Assembly (NCBI GenBank): GCA_965206595.1
Contig: OZ242214.1
Location: 4,768,001-4,832,000, forward strand
DNA length: 64,000 bases
DNA from: Candidatus Latescibacterota bacterium
GTDB lineage: Bacteria > Latescibacterota > UBA2968 > UBA8231
Reading direction: 5' to 3'
The translations under genes were made by a program, and so were the position numbers. This document shows, piece by piece, positions 29,575 to 37,739 of this stretch. The notes below the pieces were generated by a model, which saw only the letters and a list, made by a program, of their open reading frames with translations, made no database searches and was not told the DNA's origin. How positions within the stretch are numbered: position 1 is the first letter of the stretch; every line of letters starts with the position of its first letter.

Positions 29575-31074
29575 TCAGGCCCAGAATGGGACGTATTTCA
29601 TGAATTTCCGGCCGGCATTCTCGTCAAACGGCTTGATCATGCCGGCGTCCACGGCCTCACGAATGCGGCGAGAAGCGATCGCCTTGTTGTTCTGCCTGAT
29701 GCCGAACCTTTCCCGAAGTGATGCGTTGGTCAGGAAATCCCGCATCACATATTTCAGGCAGGCGTGCAGGTAACAAGCCCGCAGGCGCTCCGCTCCATCC
29801 ATGTCGGCCAAATCCTTGTAGGCAAACAGAACCGCACGGGTAAACCCAGGCGGAGCTTCGAAGAGCGGGGCCGGCAAGTGGAGCAACTCGACCTGCAAGA
29901 CAACCTTGTCGACCCCACTGCCTCGTTCCTCAAAAATGCGAGCTCGGCGCATCAGGGAAGCCAGGGTCTCGTTTCGGGACTTGGGCGGTGTGTCGAGAAA
30001 GCGTTGCGTATCCACAAGCGGCTCACCGGGGTTGGTGATCTCAATGCGGTCATCGAAGATCTCGATCATCGGTCCCGCACCGGTGACGGAGAAGTCCTGA
30101 TGGATGAGCGCGTTGGCTACGAGCTCGCGGATGGCCAGGTCGGGGAACATCGGCACTGTCCTTCGCAAGGCCTTCCCGATCATCTCGTTAGCCGGTAGTA
30201 TGCCATCTATGTATCCGATCAAACCTTCAAAGCCGCAGGCGTATCCTTTGCCACCCTCCTGTTCTCTGAACGTCTCCGTCCGACCCTTGCCGCGGTACTG
30301 GATGACCCTTACGGACTTGCGCTTCAGATGCGGGAAGTCACCGAGCTTTTTGGCGAACAGAATGGCGCCCAGGTTCGTGATGTCGAAGCCGCCCGCTACG
30401 CTGGGGGAAATGAGCCGATCGCTCTGCAATGCGTGCAGTATGGCGTCACGACCGTCAGGAAGCGGCATTTCAAGCAGGTCGAAGTACGCCGGGTAATCGA
30501 GCTTCAACAGGATATCCTCGTCACTTACCCGTTCGGCGGCGATACCGTCCTCGAAGCTCACCCGGTCGAACACGCGCCAAAGTGCCCGTTCCTTCTCTTT
30601 GTAGTCTTTGAGCTTTCTCTTGCTGCTGCCTACCCGGATAAACTCGACGCCTTCGAACGCGACGGGGTGCTGGGACGCACGGTCAATCTCCATGATTACG
30701 ACCCGCTTCCCGTCAATCATTACTTCGTGAAAACGGAAGTCGATGCGCGGATTCATGAGCCGGAGCAACCAGGTCTCGAGCGGCTCGTTTCCCTTCTTCG
30801 AGAGCGCGGGCGAGAAGTCTGTTCCGACAACGGCGTGCGTCCCGTTCTCGATACCCCACAGGATGTATGCGTGAACCTTGTCGTGCAGGGCGGCCGCGTT
30901 GGAAAGCGCCGAGACGTACTCACCGACGGTTTGCGGATTGCGGTGATTGACTTTGAACTCAACCCACTCGGTCTCATGTGGCAGGTTGCACAGCTCACGT
31001 ACCAGGCCGAGAAGGTAGTCCTGGCTTTTATCAGTTGTCATGAAACCCTCCGGCGCGTCGAATTCATTGTTCAT
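29575..31074 (-). CDS. Schlafen/AlbA_2 domain + HATPase_c_4 + winged-helix protein
   Basis: ETEWVEFK, YVSALSN, AYILWGIEN (AlbA_2); AIRELVANALIHQD, DRIEITNPG, SRN, EERGSG; C-terminal TNASLRERFG. Confidence 0.85.
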   Translation of the reverse strand: MNNEFDAPEGFMTTDKSQDYLLGLVRELCNLPHETEWVEFKVNHRNPQTVGEYVSALSNAAALHDKVHAYILWGIENGTHAVVGTDFSPALSKKGNEPLETWLLRLMNPRIDFRFHEVMIDGKRVVIMEIDRASQHPVAFEGVEFIRVGSSKRKLKDYKEKERALWRVFDRVSFEDGIAAERVSDEDILLKLDYPAYFDLLEMPLPDGRDAILHALQSDRLISPSVAGGFDITNLGAILFAKKLGDFPHLKRKSVRVIQYRGKGRTETFREQEGGKGYACGFEGLIGYIDGILPANEMIGKALRRTVPMFPDLAIRELVANALIHQDFSVTGAGPMIEIFDDRIEITNPGEPLVDTQRFLDTPPKSRNETLASLMRRARIFEERGSGVDKVVLQVELLHLPAPLFEAPPGFTRAVLFAYKDLADMDGAERLRACYLHACLKYVMRDFLTNASLRERFGIRQNNKAIASRRIREAVDAGMIKPFDENAGRKFMKYVPFWA

Positions 31075-31175
31075 CTACGTCTCTCAACGCATTCAACCGA
31101 ATGGGCGCAAGGCCCCGCGGCATCATACCGGTTATGAAGACTTTCGAACAATCCTTTATTGCGACAATACCGGCC

Positions 31176-32336
31176 TCAAGTCGCCTCGGTTCCTTCGCCG
31201 AGTGTGGACAGGTAGCGGTCGTAGACGAACAGCCGGTCCCGGCGCTTGCCGGTGATCTCCCGGGCGATTCCCTCGTTGGCCAGCAGTTCCATTGCCGAGG
31301 CGGCCGTTCGAAAGGAGAGCCTGGTCAGGCGGGACGCAGCGGGAACAGACAGGATCGGCTGCGACATGAGAGCCTCGTGTACCCGCAGCGCCGAACCTGC
31401 CCTGCGTCCCCCGGCTTCCTCAATTCGATCCGCGTCGCTATCGAACATCCCGGAGAGGCGTTCAGCGGTCTCTACGGCGCCATCTGCCGTCTGGGTCACG
31501 CCTTCGAGGAAGAAGGCGAGCCAGGCTTCCCAATCGCCCGTTCGGCGAATCTGGTTCAACAGGTCGTAGTAGGTCTCCCGGTGTTGCTTCAAATACAGAC
31601 TCAGATACAGGAGCGGCTGGCGCAGCACCCCGGCGTGGAACAGGAGCAGGGTTATGAGCAGCCTGCCCACGCGCCCGTTACCGTCGAGGAAGGGGTGGAT
31701 GGTCTCGAACTGCTCGTGCGCGACCCCTGCCTTCAGCAGCGCGGACTGCTCCTCCGAGTGGAGGAAACGCTCGAGCGCCGTCATGCAGTCGGGCACCTCG
31801 GTGTGCGGCGGCGGCACGAAGACCGCGTTTCCGGGGCGGGTCCCTCCGATCCAGTTCTGCGAGCGCCGGAACTCGCCGGGGTTTTTTTCGCTGCCCCGCC
31901 CACTCGCCATCAACACGCCGTGGATCTCGCGGATCAGGCGATTCGACAGCGGAAACCCCTCCCGCAGGCGGCGCAGACCATGTTCGAGCGCGGCCACGTA
32001 GTTCGAGACCTCGCGCACATCCTCGAGTGGAACCCCGGGCGCCTGCTCCAGCTCGAAGAGCAGCAGGTCCGACAGCGACGACTGCGTGCCTTCGATCTGG
32101 GAGGAAAGCACCGCTTCCTTGCGCACGTAGGCGTACAGAAACATCTCCTCGTCCGGCAGCAGCTTCGCGACGCCGTCGAGGCGGCCAAGCGCCAGTACTG
32201 CGGACTCCAGTGCCTTCTGCAGCGAACCGTCCAGAACCACGGGCGGCTTCGGTGGCAGCGGCGCCGGGACAAAGGCGCTGACTCGCTCGCCACCGACGAA
32301 CGTCACTGCATGGCTGCCGCTTTCTCCGCGCCGCAT
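31176..32336 (-). CDS. Fic family protein with N-terminal autoinhibitory motif and C-terminal HTH
   Basis: Canonical HPFLDGNGRVGR; EAVLSSQIEG inhibitory motif. Confidence 0.92.
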   Translation of the reverse strand: MRRGESGSHAVTFVGGERVSAFVPAPLPPKPPVVLDGSLQKALESAVLALGRLDGVAKLLPDEEMFLYAYVRKEAVLSSQIEGTQSSLSDLLLFELEQAPGVPLEDVREVSNYVAALEHGLRRLREGFPLSNRLIREIHGVLMASGRGSEKNPGEFRRSQNWIGGTRPGNAVFVPPPHTEVPDCMTALERFLHSEEQSALLKAGVAHEQFETIHPFLDGNGRVGRLLITLLLFHAGVLRQPLLYLSLYLKQHRETYYDLLNQIRRTGDWEAWLAFFLEGVTQTADGAVETAERLSGMFDSDADRIEEAGGRRAGSALRVHEALMSQPILSVPAASRLTRLSFRTAASAMELLANEGIAREITGKRRDRLFVYDRYLSTLGEGTEAT

Positions 32337-32483
32337 GATAGCAATCCTTATTCGCGATTGTGCAATAGCAGGATTTGCTAATTCACTTTCGGATCTAAAT
32401 TACAATAGCTCACCTTCACCATCGCAAGGGGACGCAGAGTGTGTCCCGCGCTGCCCTCACCTTCGTGAAGGCCAGGATTTCCG

Positions 32484-32513
32484 TCGGAGATAACCGATTC
32501 GGAGATAACCGAT
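32484..32513. repeat. Tandem 15-bp duplication (TCGGAGATAACCGAT)x2
   Basis: Read directly in the fic / Ldh_2 intergenic region. Confidence 0.85.
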
Positions 32514-32611
32514 GAAGTAGATTGGCGGGGTCCGGCGCTTGGGCCCCGAACCGCTGCTGGGCATCCCGGGCTGAGCCAAGTTCACAAAACCGCAATACAA
32601 GGACCCCTCCC

Positions 32612-33682
32612 ATGAACCGAACCATCTCCAGCACCTCCCTGCGCCAGCTGATGCTCGACGTCTTCGGGCACCTCGGGGTGCCTCCGGAGGACGCGGCCAC
32701 AGTGGCCGGCATCCTGTGCGAGGCGAGCCTGTCGGGCTACGACTCCCACGGGGTGGTGCGGGTGGCGATGTACGCCGGCGACCTGCGGCAGGGCCGGACC
32801 CGGCCGAAGGCCGAGATGAAACTGCTGCGCGAGTCCGCGGGTTCGGCCCATCTCGACGCCGGCTTCGCCCTCGGCCCGCTCGCCTGCGTCAGGGCGTTCG
32901 AGATCGCCGCGGAGAAGGCGCGTGCCTCCGGGTGCGGCTGCGTGACGATCCTCAACTGCACCGACGTCGCCCGTCTCGGCAGCTACGTCGGCGATCCGGC
33001 ACGGCAGGGGCTGATCGCCCTGATGATGGTCAACGACGCCGGCGGCAATCCCGCGGTGGCCCCTCTGGGAGGCTCGGCCCCGTTCTTGAGCACCAACCCG
33101 GTCGCCGCCGGCATCCCGTGGCAGCCGGGGAATCCGATTTTGATGGATTTCTCCACGAGCGTCGCCGCCGCCGGCAAGGTCAAGATGGCGGCGCGCTCCG
33201 GCGAGCCGACCCCGGAGGGATGGCTCATCGACGCCAGCGGTGAGCCGACCCGCGACCCGGCCGACTTCTCGATAGACGGCAGCAAGGGGGCGCTGCTGCC
33301 GCTCGGGGGGCCAGCCGCCGCTCACAAGGGGTTCGCCCTCAACCTGCTGGTCGACGTGCTCGCCGGCGTGCTCAGCGGCGCCGGGGCCAGCACCGGCCTG
33401 CAACCGCAGGAGGACCACAACGTCAACGGCGTGTTCGCGCTCGTAGTCGACCCCGACCACTTCGTGTCCCGCGGGGTTTTCGAGGGAGCGGTCGGCGAGC
33501 TGGCAGCCGGGCTCAAGGCCTCGCGCAAGGCCCCCGGGTTCGACGAAATCCTCGTGCCGGGAGAGCGCTCCCACGGCGAGCGCAGGCGGCGCGAGCGCGA
33601 GGGAATTCCCCTCGACCCGGAGACCAGCGCCGAGCTGGGGCGGCTGCTCAAGGAGCTGGGCCTGCCCGATAGTTACGACTGA
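32612..33682 (+). CDS. Ldh_2 (type 2 malate/L-lactate dehydrogenase) family oxidoreductase
   Basis: A.L.GYDSHG, STNP...GIP, MDFSTS..A.GK, LLPLGG...HKG, ILVPGE. Confidence 0.88.
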   Translation: MNRTISSTSLRQLMLDVFGHLGVPPEDAATVAGILCEASLSGYDSHGVVRVAMYAGDLRQGRTRPKAEMKLLRESAGSAHLDAGFALGPLACVRAFEIAAEKARASGCGCVTILNCTDVARLGSYVGDPARQGLIALMMVNDAGGNPAVAPLGGSAPFLSTNPVAAGIPWQPGNPILMDFSTSVAAAGKVKMAARSGEPTPEGWLIDASGEPTRDPADFSIDGSKGALLPLGGPAAAHKGFALNLLVDVLAGVLSGAGASTGLQPQEDHNVNGVFALVVDPDHFVSRGVFEGAVGELAAGLKASRKAPGFDEILVPGERSHGERRRREREGIPLDPETSAELGRLLKELGLPDSYD

Positions 33683-33780
33683 CCCGGTGCCTCCGGGCAC
33701 CCGACCTCAAAAAGCGCAGCTGTTCCCGGTTTCCGAACTCCCGGGCGGCTCCGGCTGCGGCACTGCCATCAGGACCTGAC

Positions 33781-35022
33781 CTACACCTCCACCGCCCACT
33801 CGCCGCCCCGCATCACCGCCTCCCTGGTGCCGTCGGAAAGCACCCCGTCCATATCCATCTCCTCCGAGCCGATCATGAAGTCGACGTGCACGACGCTGCG
33901 GTTCCCGCCCGCCGCGGAGAACTCCTCCTCCGCCATGGCGGCGCCGTTCTCCAGGCAGACGTTGTACGCCTGCCCGAGGGCGACGTGGCTCGAGGCGTTC
34001 TCGTCGAACAGGGTGTTGTAGAACAGCCGCCCGAACTGCGAGACCGGCGAGCTGTGGGGAACCAGGGCGATCTCCCCCAGCCTCGCGGCGCCGTCGTCGG
34101 TCTCGACCAGGTTGCGCAGAATTTCCTCCCCCTGCGCCGCGGCCACCTCGACGATGCGGCCCTCCGCGAAGGTGACGGAGAAATCCTCGATCAGAGAGCC
34201 CCCATAGTTGAGCGGCTTCGTCGAGCGCACCCTGCCCTCGGTGCGGCGGCAATGGGGCATGGTGAACACCTCCTCGGTCGGGATGTTGGGAACGAAGAGG
34301 GTCCCGGCGTCGCTGCGGTCGATGCCGCCGCGCCAGACGTGCCCTTCCGGCAGCCCGACGGTCAGTTCGGTGCCGGGAGCGCGGTAGTGGAGTGAGGTGT
34401 AGGCCTTCTCCGTCAGCAGCTCGCGCCTCCTTTCGAGGTGGTCGATGTGCTCCTTCCAGGCGGCCGCGGGATCGCCGGCGTCGATGCGGCACATACGGAA
34501 GATCGCATCCCACAGCAGGCCGACCCGGTCGGCCGCGGGCGCCTCGGGAAAGACGCGCGCCGCCCACGGCGGCACCGCCGCGGAGATCACGCACCAGTTG
34601 ACCGCCATGCGGGTGATGTAGTCGAGCAGGGGCCGCGACTGCTCCGAGGCGATCCTGCGCGTCAGCGAAATCAACTCCGGATCCTGGCCCTTCAGAAGGT
34701 CGGGGTCGTCGCCCGATACGCGCAGGAAGGCGTCCCCTTCCCCGGCGCGCCCGGCCAGCCCCTCAACCTGCCAGGACGGGTACTCCTCGAACGAGTCGCG
34801 CGCGGCGTGCTCGAAGCGGATCAGCTCGAGCTGCTCGTCCCCGTAGAGGACGTCGACGTAGCGGCAGCCGAGGTCGTAGGCCGCGGCGGCGACGGCGCGG
34901 ACCAGCTCCGCGGCGTCGATCGGAGCGCGCACGATCAGCCGCTGATCCGGCTGCAGGTTGAGCCCGACCCGCACCGCCAGCTCGCCGTACTTCTTCAGGT
35001 TGCTCTCGAAATCGCCAGGCAT
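33781..35022 (-). CDS. M29 family aminopeptidase (AmpS/PepS)
   Basis: PNIPTEEVFT, LGEIALV, YNTLFDENASSH.ALG, N.S.VHVDFMIG. Confidence 0.92.
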   Translation of the reverse strand: MPGDFESNLKKYGELAVRVGLNLQPDQRLIVRAPIDAAELVRAVAAAAYDLGCRYVDVLYGDEQLELIRFEHAARDSFEEYPSWQVEGLAGRAGEGDAFLRVSGDDPDLLKGQDPELISLTRRIASEQSRPLLDYITRMAVNWCVISAAVPPWAARVFPEAPAADRVGLLWDAIFRMCRIDAGDPAAAWKEHIDHLERRRELLTEKAYTSLHYRAPGTELTVGLPEGHVWRGGIDRSDAGTLFVPNIPTEEVFTMPHCRRTEGRVRSTKPLNYGGSLIEDFSVTFAEGRIVEVAAAQGEEILRNLVETDDGAARLGEIALVPHSSPVSQFGRLFYNTLFDENASSHVALGQAYNVCLENGAAMAEEEFSAAGGNRSVVHVDFMIGSEEMDMDGVLSDGTREAVMRGGEWAVEV

Positions 35023-35369
35023 TCGGGACTTCCCTTTCAGATAACAGTCAGTCGATGGAGTTGCTTTTTCAGGCGAGGCCGCCAAGGCCGCCGAAGACAA
35101 GGGGCGCGGCCGGGTCTAAGCGCAGAAGATTCGGGGAGTGTCGCAACCTCGGCTGCTGGCCTCGGGACCGGTCGCAGTCCGTATGGCTTTTCACCGGAAC
35201 TTACAAGGTAATTGTTATGCAGCAGCTCTCATCGAGACGACCGCAGACGGCCGCGCTTCCCTTTCTCCAGCAGGTTGGATCTCCGTCCACCTGCCTCGCG
35301 GTTTGGCCCGCGCCTGCGGCGATCCTGTAAATCCTGCGCAGCCGTAAGCCAGCCATCGGAGGAGGAACC

Positions 35370-36110
35370 ATGACTTCAGACGGACGCACACTCGAAGGCA
35401 AGGTGGCCGTCATCACCGGGGCGGGGCGCGGCATCGGCCGAGCAATCGCCGCCGGGTACGCCGCCGCGGGGGCCGCGGTGGTCTGCGCCGCACGCACCCG
35501 CGCGCAGGTCGAGGAAACGGCCGCGGCCATCGCCGAATCCGGGGGCCGCGCGCTCGCCGCGGCCGCGGACGTCACCCGGGAGGAGGAGGCCGGCCGCCTG
35601 ATGCGCCGCGCGGCGGAGGCCTTCGGCGGCATCGACATCCTCGTCGCCAACGCCGGGACCACCGCCCACGGTCCGGTCGAAGGCAGCGACCCGGAGAAAT
35701 GGTGGCGCGTGCTCGAGGTCAACCTGCTCGGCGCCTACCTGTGCGCCCGCGCCGCCATCCCGCATCTGAAGGCGCGCGGATCCGGCAAGATCATCACCAT
35801 CGGATCCGGGATGGGACAGCGGGCCTACGCGGAGGCCTCGGCGTACGGCTGCTCCAAGGCCGGCCTGTCGATGCTGACCCGGGTGCTGGCCGCGGAGCTG
35901 TGGGAGCACGACATCAGCGTCAACGAGCTGATCCCCGGCCCCGTGATCACCGCCATGAACCCAGTCGGCCCTGGCAGTCCCTCGCGGTTCGGGGAGATCG
36001 AGTGGAACAAGAAACCGGAAGACGTCGTTCCTCTGGCTCTATTCCTGGCGACCCAGCCGGCGCGCGGACCGACGGGTCAGAAGTACAGTCTCACTAGGCG
36101 CGACCTTTAA
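35370..36110 (+). CDS. Short-chain dehydrogenase/reductase
   Basis: TGAGRGIG, ILVANAG, YGCSK; GGAGG RBS. Confidence 0.9.
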   Translation: MTSDGRTLEGKVAVITGAGRGIGRAIAAGYAAAGAAVVCAARTRAQVEETAAAIAESGGRALAAAADVTREEEAGRLMRRAAEAFGGIDILVANAGTTAHGPVEGSDPEKWWRVLEVNLLGAYLCARAAIPHLKARGSGKIITIGSGMGQRAYAEASAYGCSKAGLSMLTRVLAAELWEHDISVNELIPGPVITAMNPVGPGSPSRFGEIEWNKKPEDVVPLALFLATQPARGPTGQKYSLTRRDL

Positions 36111-36135
36111 GGGAGTTGCCGCCCCGGAGGATGCC

Positions 36136-36762
36136 TCAGCCCTGCTGTTCCAGGGAGCGTCTCAGATGTTCCAGGAGATCCTCGGCCGCTCCCGCCTCGC
36201 TGTCGGGGACGAGCTTCCGGTAGCGGGACAGGGCGTCGATGGCGAGCTCGAACTCCTCGTCGATCGCCAGCACCAGGCCGAGGTTGAAGTAGATGTTGCG
36301 GAATCCCGGCTCGATCTCGGCGGCGAGCTCGTAGTGCACCCGGGCAGGCCGGAACTCCTCGGTGTCGAAGTAGAGGTTGGCGAGGTTGTAGTGCGATTCC
36401 CAGTGCTGCTGGTCGTGTTTGAGGGCGTTGCGGAAGCAGTCGAAGGCCTGCTCGACACCACCCGCCTTCGATTCCATCACCCCGAGGTTGCAGTAGGCGT
36501 CGGGAACCGAGTCCCCTTCGGAAACCGCTTTCTCGTAGAGCCTGCGGGCCGCGGCCTCGTCGCCGCCGTCCTCGAGCGCCAGGGCCTCCTCGAACGGCCC
36601 GGGGCCGGCAGCGGCGGGAAACTCGATCAGCTTGCCGCCGCTGCGGCCGGCAAACAGGTCCAGCTGGCCCTTGTCCTCCCGGTCCCGCTTGCGAACCCGC
36701 TCATACCCGAACTTCGAGGGACTGCGCGCCTTCGCCGCGGGGAACTGAAGCAGCTTGCTCAT
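36136..36762 (-). CDS. TPR protein, third gene of the NHEJ operon, with a QLDLF motif
   Basis: TPRs DAYCNLG, ESHYNLANLY, NIYFNLGLVL; 43 bp downstream of ku on the same strand. Confidence 0.8.
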   Translation of the reverse strand: MSKLLQFPAAKARSPSKFGYERVRKRDREDKGQLDLFAGRSGGKLIEFPAAAGPGPFEEALALEDGGDEAAARRLYEKAVSEGDSVPDAYCNLGVMESKAGGVEQAFDCFRNALKHDQQHWESHYNLANLYFDTEEFRPARVHYELAAEIEPGFRNIYFNLGLVLAIDEEFELAIDALSRYRKLVPDSEAGAAEDLLEHLRRSLEQQG

Positions 36763-36805
36763 GCCCCGGTCCGCTCGCGGGCCGCCGAGAAAGGGAACCG
36801 TCGGG

Positions 36806-37699
36806 TCATGCGACCTTCCTCGCCTCGGCAGCCGGCTTCTTCGCCGCCTTCTTCGTGGCCGGCGCCTCCCTCTTTTCCTTGGCCTCCGCCTTCTCCCCTT
36901 CTGCCCGCTCCATCGGCTTCTTCACGGTTTTCGCCTGCTCGATGCTCTCCTTGAGGGCGGACATGATGTCGACCACCGGCTTCACCTCCTCGGCGACGGC
37001 GACGATCTCCTGGCCCTCCACCTTGGCGTCGATCAGCTCCTTCACCGCCTCGCGGTAGGAGTCCTTCATCCCGATGTCGGCGAACGAGGTCGTCATCGAG
37101 TCGACGAGGCTCTGCGCCAGCTTCAGCTCCTCGGCGGCGACCTCGACCTGCTCGGTGTCGGGGACGTCGCCGATGCTGCGCAGGAACTCCGGGTAGCGGA
37201 CCTTGTAGATGACGAGCCCGCCCTCCTGCTGGCCGATCAGCACCATGTCCTCGCGGTCGCGCATCACCACCTTGCCGACGCCGACCTTGCCGCTGGCCTC
37301 CAGGGCCCCCGCCAGCAGGCCGTACACCTTCTTGGCGACTTCGCCGTCGGGCCCGGCGTAGTAGGGGGTTTCGTAGAGCATCTGGTCGACCTCTTCGGCG
37401 TCGACGAACCCCTCGATCTCGATGATGCGGGTGCTGGCGAGCTTGATCTTCTGCAGGTCCTCATCCTCGATGATGACGTACTCGTCCGGGGCGTACTCGT
37501 ACCCCTTGACGATGTCGTGGTTGCTCAGGGCCTCGCCGCAGCTCTTGCACTTCTTGTCGTAGCCGACGCGGCCGTTGTCTTCCTTGTGCAGCTGGTTGAA
37601 GCGGATGGTCGATCCGGAGTCGACGGCGTTGTACAGCCGCACCGGGATCGTCACCATCGAGAACCTGATGTGCCCCTTCCACAGGGATCGCATGTTCAT
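36806..37699 (-). CDS. ku: Non-homologous end joining protein Ku
   Basis: RSLWKG.I.FSMV.IPVRLY, DIVKGYEY, VVDIMSALKES, basic tail; AGGAGG RBS. Confidence 0.95.
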   Translation of the reverse strand: MNMRSLWKGHIRFSMVTIPVRLYNAVDSGSTIRFNQLHKEDNGRVGYDKKCKSCGEALSNHDIVKGYEYAPDEYVIIEDEDLQKIKLASTRIIEIEGFVDAEEVDQMLYETPYYAGPDGEVAKKVYGLLAGALEASGKVGVGKVVMRDREDMVLIGQQEGGLVIYKVRYPEFLRSIGDVPDTEQVEVAAEELKLAQSLVDSMTTSFADIGMKDSYREAVKELIDAKVEGQEIVAVAEEVKPVVDIMSALKESIEQAKTVKKPMERAEGEKAEAKEKREAPATKKAAKKPAAEARKVA

Positions 37700-37739
37700 T
37701 TTCACCTCCTGTCGCTTGCGGGCGCGCGCTGGCGCCACG

